Part shown: positions 58,702 to 64,000 of the stretch, piece after piece
How the letters are laid out: each line of letters begins with the position of its first letter
Numbering within the stretch: the first letter of the stretch is position 1
Assembly: GCA_015660995.1 (NCBI GenBank)
Contig: JACTUC010000008.1
Coordinates: 10,645 to 74,644 of the forward strand
Source of the DNA: Candidatus Methanomethylicaceae archaeon
GTDB taxonomy: Archaea > Thermoproteota > Methanomethylicia > Methanomethylicales > Methanomethylicaceae
Direction of reading: 5' to 3'
DNA: 64,000 nucleotides
Notes under the pieces: model-generated
Database searches by the model: none
What the model saw: only the letters and a program-made list of their open reading frames with translations
What the model was told of the DNA's origin: nothing
Program-made: the position numbers and the translations under genes

Positions 58702-58808
58702 AATGCTGCATGTGTGGCGGACGAGGCAGGATCTGGGTTGCAGGAGTCAGCCCTTGGCCTTGTGAGAATTGCAGAGGAAGGGGAATGATTTACAATTGTC
58801 CAAATTAA
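58698..58808 (+). CDS. 36-aa DnaJ-type zinc-knuckle protein
   Basis: Manual translation MKCCMCGGRGRIWVAGVSPWPCENCRGRGMIYNCPN; GTGA overlap. Confidence 0.55.
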   Translation: MKCCMCGGRGRIWVAGVSPWPCENCRGRGMIYNCPN

Positions 58809-58974
58809 GACCTTAAAGCTGAAGGCAATGCCTGACTATATGATAAAGAGAGAACATACACGGACTTGTCTTAACGGAATACAGGAAAAAACCTGATCAA
58901 GCCACCAGCGTCGTTTCTTCTTGAGTCCAGAAATCCTTCGAATTGACTAAATCAACGTTGAGTTTCATTACAAT

Positions 58975-59502
58975 TTACTGGTGGCTTTGCCTCTCTGTGA
59001 CTTCTGTGTGCTCGATTACGATCATCGCTCCGATAACAAATCGGTGATCCACTTCTCCTGTTATCGAAATTCCAAACTGATCTCTTACCGAGACCCACTT
59101 CTTGTGTATGGAAGCGACCTGAACCCCATTGACCTCCATCTGATAGTCGTGCTCTGTGAAATTACCGTAGATGCGCATATACTCAACTCCGTCTCTTTCT
59201 ACCCAGTACTCTTCACCAATCAACTTGACTATCTTCTTCTTTATGGTTCCGAGTTCTGCTCTGGCATCATCATAGAAAGTGAACTGATTTCGAAACGACA
59301 ATACCTTCCCTTCGAGGTGCATCCGCTCTGAACCAGAGGCATCGATCACGACAAACTTGGCGGGGAGCTGAAATAGATTGCCATCAGCCTCTCCCAATTT
59401 CGTCCCCGTCCTATCCTCCATGTCATAATGCTCACGCACAGACAGGATCTTCTTTGTTAACACCAGATCATTGGTCTCAAAGAGAGAATTTGCGCTGCTC
59501 AT
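58975..59502 (-). CDS. LURP-one/scramblase-like protein
   Basis: KILSVREHY, GNFTEHDY, KKWVSVRD. Confidence 0.8.
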   Translation of the reverse strand: MSSANSLFETNDLVLTKKILSVREHYDMEDRTGTKLGEADGNLFQLPAKFVVIDASGSERMHLEGKVLSFRNQFTFYDDARAELGTIKKKIVKLIGEEYWVERDGVEYMRIYGNFTEHDYQMEVNGVQVASIHKKWVSVRDQFGISITGEVDHRFVIGAMIVIEHTEVTERQSHQ

Positions 59503-59675
59503 TCGCTCACCAAGTATACGATGTAGTGCGTTAAAACTAAAGCTTTTCTTGTACGCATGAGTGTTCCCTCAAATCTTGGGTTAACAGCAATGAGCTAACC
59601 AATATAAGCCTAAGAGAATTTGGATACTGTCAGAAGCCGGACAAGCTAACAACCCCAAAGCAACGATGGTCTGGT

Positions 59676-60467
59676 ATGATTATGAGATTCTATGAGGAAT
59701 TTGCAGAAAAATACGATAGACTGGTTTCGTGGGAGAACCGTTTCAAAAGAGAATCTGGATTCTATCAGAAGTTGTTTTCCGAAAACAAGGTGAGAACTGT
59801 TCTCGATTGTGCCTGCGGAACAGGGCAACATGTGATAATGTTCAACCAGATGGGATACAAAGCCAAAGGATCGGATTTGTCTCCAGCGATGCTGAGGAAA
59901 GCTAAAATTAACTCAAAGGCACATGGCGTCAATCCTGAATTCATAATATCCGATTTCAGGGATTTGACTCGCAACTTTGATGAGAAATTCGACGCGATTA
60001 TTTGTGTTGGAAATTCTCTCCCCCACCTATTATCTGATAAGGATTTGACCAAAGCATTGAGAGAGATGTACAGGCTCCTGAATAATAATGGTATACTAGT
60101 TCTGCAACAAAGGAATTACGATAGATTGGTAAAAACACAAATGCGATTTTTTCCGGTCTCGATGAGAGAAGATGAGGTCTTTTTCTATGTTCTAGATTAC
60201 TTTCCAAAAAAGATTGTTTTCAACGTCGTAGACCTAGAGACCAAAGCCAAGGCATTCAAAGTATATTCTACAGAGTACAATCCGCTAAGAAAAGACAATT
60301 TGATTAAACTCCTCAGGAAGGTTGGCTTTAGGGGGATGAATCTCTATGAAGATTTTCAATTCAAAAAATATGATACAGATGAGAGTGATGACTTGATTGT
60401 TGTCTGTAAGAAGGGTACTGTCAAGTCTTCGGTCGATGATAATGCCCCTAACGACATTTTGGCTTAA
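59676..60467 (+). CDS. Class I SAM methyltransferase (glycine/sarcosine MT-like)
   Basis: VLDCACGTG, GNSLPHL, RNYD. Confidence 0.82.
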   Translation: MIMRFYEEFAEKYDRLVSWENRFKRESGFYQKLFSENKVRTVLDCACGTGQHVIMFNQMGYKAKGSDLSPAMLRKAKINSKAHGVNPEFIISDFRDLTRNFDEKFDAIICVGNSLPHLLSDKDLTKALREMYRLLNNNGILVLQQRNYDRLVKTQMRFFPVSMREDEVFFYVLDYFPKKIVFNVVDLETKAKAFKVYSTEYNPLRKDNLIKLLRKVGFRGMNLYEDFQFKKYDTDESDDLIVVCKKGTVKSSVDDNAPNDILA

Positions 60468-60500
60468 TGCCATAAAGTTGCGGAGTTGTTCCAGAAGATC

Positions 60501-60905
60501 TCAATAGGTCATGTTGAAATCTTGCGTAATTGTTTTCCCATTCTCATTCACTATTATTTTCATTTCGATGGTGTCCCCAGTCTGGAACGGAGTGGCTGTC
60601 ATAGCTGTTTGGCCAGTAGTAAATTTAAAATTACCAAAAAAATCTGTTGCAGCATACCAGTTATATCCTCCAGTAAGGAAATTTCCGTTTATAAATATCG
60701 TATAATTCATTGGCAAGTCTGCATCCCTTGAGTAAAGATGACCTGTTACGTTGAAACCAATAGATGGATAGGAATCCACAAATCCTTTTTGCGGTGTCAC
60801 CTGGATACTTTCCGGCGCAAGGTAGGGGAGAAAATAGGCAACAGATACGATTACAACTACTGCTAATATTACCACTGCTAATGCGAATTTTGAGTTTCTT
60901 TTCAT
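60501..60905 (-). CDS. Membrane-anchored hypothetical protein
   Basis: N-terminal TM; NxT sequons. Confidence 0.65.
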   Translation of the reverse strand: MKRNSKFALAVVILAVVVIVSVAYFLPYLAPESIQVTPQKGFVDSYPSIGFNVTGHLYSRDADLPMNYTIFINGNFLTGGYNWYAATDFFGNFKFTTGQTAMTATPFQTGDTIEMKIIVNENGKTITQDFNMTY

Positions 60906-61031
60906 TTTTGTCTATGATATAATGTGCGTTGCTTCGGTAAATTCCTTTATGTTGTAGATGTCCGAGTGATAAATCTCGGGCAAAAATACGGCAAAGACCT
61001 TTATCGTATAGTTGACTGCCAAATTGAATTT

Positions 61032-61499
61032 CTATCGACTGAGGTCTTTCTCCATCGCTTTCGCTAATGATTTCCACCCCAACGAATCTTCCTTCGCTAA
61101 TTCATTAGCCATCAAAGCGATTCTAACCGGTGTGGGTTTTTTGCTGTTGTAGTAGACCTGGGAGCCGGTAAAATCCAGACGTGAGCCTTTTTCACCATCT
61201 GGAACTATCTGGTAAAGGAACTGGGAATGTCTTCCATCAGCACTTAATCGAGTGTTAGTCCAGAAGAGGCATTCAGGATAGAGCCTCACAAGCCTTTTCT
61301 TTACTGTCTTTCTTTCTTTCCCGAAAAGAGTGTCCGTTAGGACAAGCGTATCATCGTTGATTCGCTGGATCTGCCGCTTGCCTTTCGAGCCCATCAGCAC
61401 GATGTCATCGGTTTGGTAGTCGGTGCACCATCGGTAAGCATCTTGAGCTGGGAAGTTGAAGTGTTGGCTGAATTTGTAATGTACAGAATATGCTATCAT
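61032..61499 (-). CDS. Hypothetical protein, possible SRPBCC fold
   Basis: P..AYRWCTDY; C-terminal amphipathic helix. Confidence 0.55.
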   Translation of the reverse strand: MIAYSVHYKFSQHFNFPAQDAYRWCTDYQTDDIVLMGSKGKRQIQRINDDTLVLTDTLFGKERKTVKKRLVRLYPECLFWTNTRLSADGRHSQFLYQIVPDGEKGSRLDFTGSQVYYNSKKPTPVRIALMANELAKEDSLGWKSLAKAMEKDLSR

Positions 61500-61616
61500 A
61501 AAGAAGGAGTGGGTTCCTTTTTGGATATTAAGTTTCTGCCCATATGCTCTGGCAAAGATATGAAAAAGACATTTATCGCATAGTTAGCTGTTGAATTGTG
61601 AACCCTTACCCACTAT

Positions 61617-62354
61617 TTACTTCCATTTTGTAAGTATCTCCTCCCTGCGGAATGTGGCCGTACTGATATAAAATAGAACCAAAACAAGGGCTGCCATTAT
61701 GGCGGCGATGATGAGAAGAGTGTTGGTGTCGAGTGTTATGATGCCTATCTCGCCCGCGACGTAGATACCCACAAAGGGGATAAACATGAGCGCTCCGAGT
61801 TGCGATGCAGTCCGTACATCACTGACTCTCGATGACGCGATCACATTCATCTCGATGCTTAATGTTGCTGCAAGAGGGGCGAGAAGCAGAAGGATGATGC
61901 CCATGCCCCAATTTGGATAATAAAGATAGCCCAGCTTGCTGTAAGTCAAACTATCCATGAGCACCATGAAGATTGCAGCACCTGCATAGGTAGCGGCGAT
62001 GGAAGGAATGAATGCAGCTATGCTTTTTCCTAGAAGGATCTCTCCATCGGTGATGGGAGTGGCCAGAAGTGGCTCTAGGCTCTTCTCAACCTTCTCGCCG
62101 ACTATACTGTAAGAGGCTATTGGTGTAGGAATGATCGCTGGGATGATAACGTAGAAGAATGCAAATGCACTTAGTAGTACGGGGAGATACGCAGCGGGGA
62201 TTCCCCCGGACTTCTGTCCGGAGAGCTCGATTACCACTGGAAAAAGAATCGAGATGATGAGGGGAAGCATGACGACCGTATAGAGAACCGTCCTTTTCCG
62301 TATGATTACCTTGAGGTCCTTGGCTGCAATAATCCACGATTTCCGTAGTCTCAT
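61617..62354 (-). CDS. ABC-2 type permease
   Basis: IVGEKVEKSLEPLLATP; ATG overlaps the ATPase stop. Confidence 0.88.
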   Translation of the reverse strand: MRLRKSWIIAAKDLKVIIRKRTVLYTVVMLPLIISILFPVVIELSGQKSGGIPAAYLPVLLSAFAFFYVIIPAIIPTPIASYSIVGEKVEKSLEPLLATPITDGEILLGKSIAAFIPSIAATYAGAAIFMVLMDSLTYSKLGYLYYPNWGMGIILLLLAPLAATLSIEMNVIASSRVSDVRTASQLGALMFIPFVGIYVAGEIGIITLDTNTLLIIAAIMAALVLVLFYISTATFRREEILTKWK

Positions 62355-63271
62355 TTTGTCTCCCTCACTAGTTTCAGATAGGCATCTTCTAATGTTGAAC
62401 CAAGCACAGTAACGGTCTGAATGTGGCCGCCAGCACCGACTATTGCGTTCACAATAGCCCAATTCTCCTTTTCAGGATTCTCTAGGTCAATCGTTAGTTT
62501 GTTGTTATCGCTCGTTATGTTACCAAGCGATAGTTTCTTTAATGCGTTCAGAATCGTGTCATTTACTTGGTCCAACTGAATTACGGTCTTCCTGCCCCCA
62601 ATGGACCCCTCGAGCTCTTTCGGAGTGCCTATTGCCATGAGCTTGGTATTCAATATTCCAATCTTGTCGCAGATCCTTTGAGCTTCATCGAGGTTATGGG
62701 TGTTCAGAAAAATGGTCTTCTTCTCCTTTTTCAGCTCAAGGATGAAGTCCCTGACCGTCTTTGCTGATTCTGGGTCCAGGTTCACTGTTGGCTCGTCCAA
62801 GAACAATATTTCCGGTTCATGAATAAGGGCGCGGGCTATGGCAAGTTTTTGTTTCATCCCTTTGGAGAAGGTTCCAGCCGAGACATCCCTTTTATCCCAA
62901 AGCCCAAGCATCTTGAGAAACTTCTCGATGTTTTCCTTCCTTTGCGTCTCCGTACAGTCGTACAGCTTCCCGTAAAAGTCTAGGTTGTCATAGGCGCTTA
63001 AACCATCATAGAGACCGACATTATCAGGAACCAATCCGATAATCTTCCTTATCTTCATAGAATCCGCATCGTTACCTATTTCATAATCTGCTATCTTGGC
63101 CGTGCCGCTGGTCTTTGATATGAGGCAGCAGAGCATTCTCACTGTAGTGGTCTTCCCCGCTCCGTTCGGCCCAAGGAAACCGAAAATTTCTCCCTCATCA
63201 ACATGGAAGGTCAGATCCTCAACTGCAGTAAGGTTGCCAAATTTCTTTGTGAGATTTTCGGCGTCGATCAT
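62351..63271 (-). CDS. ABC transporter ATPase
   Basis: GPNGAGKT, FSKGMKQK, LDEPT. Confidence 0.93.
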   Translation of the reverse strand: MIDAENLTKKFGNLTAVEDLTFHVDEGEIFGFLGPNGAGKTTTVRMLCCLISKTSGTAKIADYEIGNDADSMKIRKIIGLVPDNVGLYDGLSAYDNLDFYGKLYDCTETQRKENIEKFLKMLGLWDKRDVSAGTFSKGMKQKLAIARALIHEPEILFLDEPTVNLDPESAKTVRDFILELKKEKKTIFLNTHNLDEAQRICDKIGILNTKLMAIGTPKELEGSIGGRKTVIQLDQVNDTILNALKKLSLGNITSDNNKLTIDLENPEKENWAIVNAIVGAGGHIQTVTVLGSTLEDAYLKLVRETK

Positions 63272-63348
63272 TAAGTAACCTTCTCGAATTAGTTGAATCG
63301 AAGTAGTAAATATGAATTCTTATTGATGACCTAACGGTGAATCCTTTT

Positions 63349-63678
63349 TTATTTGAGATGTCTGGTGATCACGCTTGGTTTTGCTCGTCTCGTAACAGAG
63401 AGGATACCGATATTAGAAACCACAAAAGGCACAAGATAGGTAAGAAATACTTTGAGCCAGACAAACCACGTGGCTCCTCCCCCTAATACGACGTCCAACT
63501 GATTTATGATAAAGAGGACAGTTCCAACTATAAGGGCTATCGTTATCGTGTTTCTTAAGTTGCTGCTTTTGCATACGATTGCCCAAGCTTCCCTGGATGT
63601 CGACCAATACTTACGATCCTCATTTCCTGATCTACCCATGTCTTCATTTAGTGGGTCAATTGGCAATGATATCACCAA
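63349..63678 (-). CDS. NrtS-like small membrane protein
   Basis: ALIVGTVLFIINQ, LTYLVPF. Confidence 0.7.
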   Translation of the reverse strand: MVISLPIDPLNEDMGRSGNEDRKYWSTSREAWAIVCKSSNLRNTITIALIVGTVLFIINQLDVVLGGGATWFVWLKVFLTYLVPFVVSNIGILSVTRRAKPSVITRHLK

Positions 63679-64000
63679 GCTATTAGGTTAATTTCCTATT
63701 ATTATGCTATTACTTCGTTGGTGCAGCATAGGATTGGCTTTGTCGATGCAGCTCAGCGCGTTTCTCACCTAACATTTATCATTGCAAGACGATTAACATA
63801 AATAGTTCCAAATGTTGAGCGGAGTCGATGATCTTGGAGTTTTGTCCTCGGTGTAAGAGTGTGTTGTTTCCTGATCCTACAAAACATAAATTGACATGCA
63901 GAATTTGCGGATATGAACAACCCTTTGCGGAAACGAAACTCTATACTGAAAGAATTTTGAAACCCAAGCAAACGTTAGTCATAAAATCCCATCTCCCTAC

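Noticed and set aside
229..63971. Many antisense or overlapping ORFs in the track (e.g. 4116-4943, 30099-30851, 33402-34274)
   Set aside because: Shadows of well-supported genes with no recognisable motifs
61591..63973. Degenerate half-sites at 61591-61613 and 63950-63973
   Set aside because: Too many mismatches to call without a PWM

Overview
Archaeal chromosomal DNA; gene content (Gins23-MCM, aCPSF1, intron-containing tRNAs) suggests Thermoproteota, an inference. About 1-40.2 kb is housekeeping: egsA, psmB, aCPSF1, Lsm-rpl37e, porGDAB-type, cdc6, moa/mob, rfcSL, GINS-mcm-hel308, pncB and eno, plus three intron-containing tRNAs and a surface-protein islet after tRNA-Ala. From 40.2 kb onward is a mosaic accessory region. 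Main finding: 16 copies, found by eye, of a ~33-35 bp imperfect palindrome (GTGTGTGGGR-TTAAAWTTTAA-YCCCCACACAC) between 40.25 and 57.97 kb. They divide the region into small modules of mixed orientation, consistent with an undescribed dif-module/integron-like cassette array; no recombinase is visible in the window. Also notable: a tRNA-His with an intron at position 9/10 and a leader that can stand in for the acceptor strand, and several genes that seem to need CTG/ATT starts. All calls are by-eye motif recognition without database searches.
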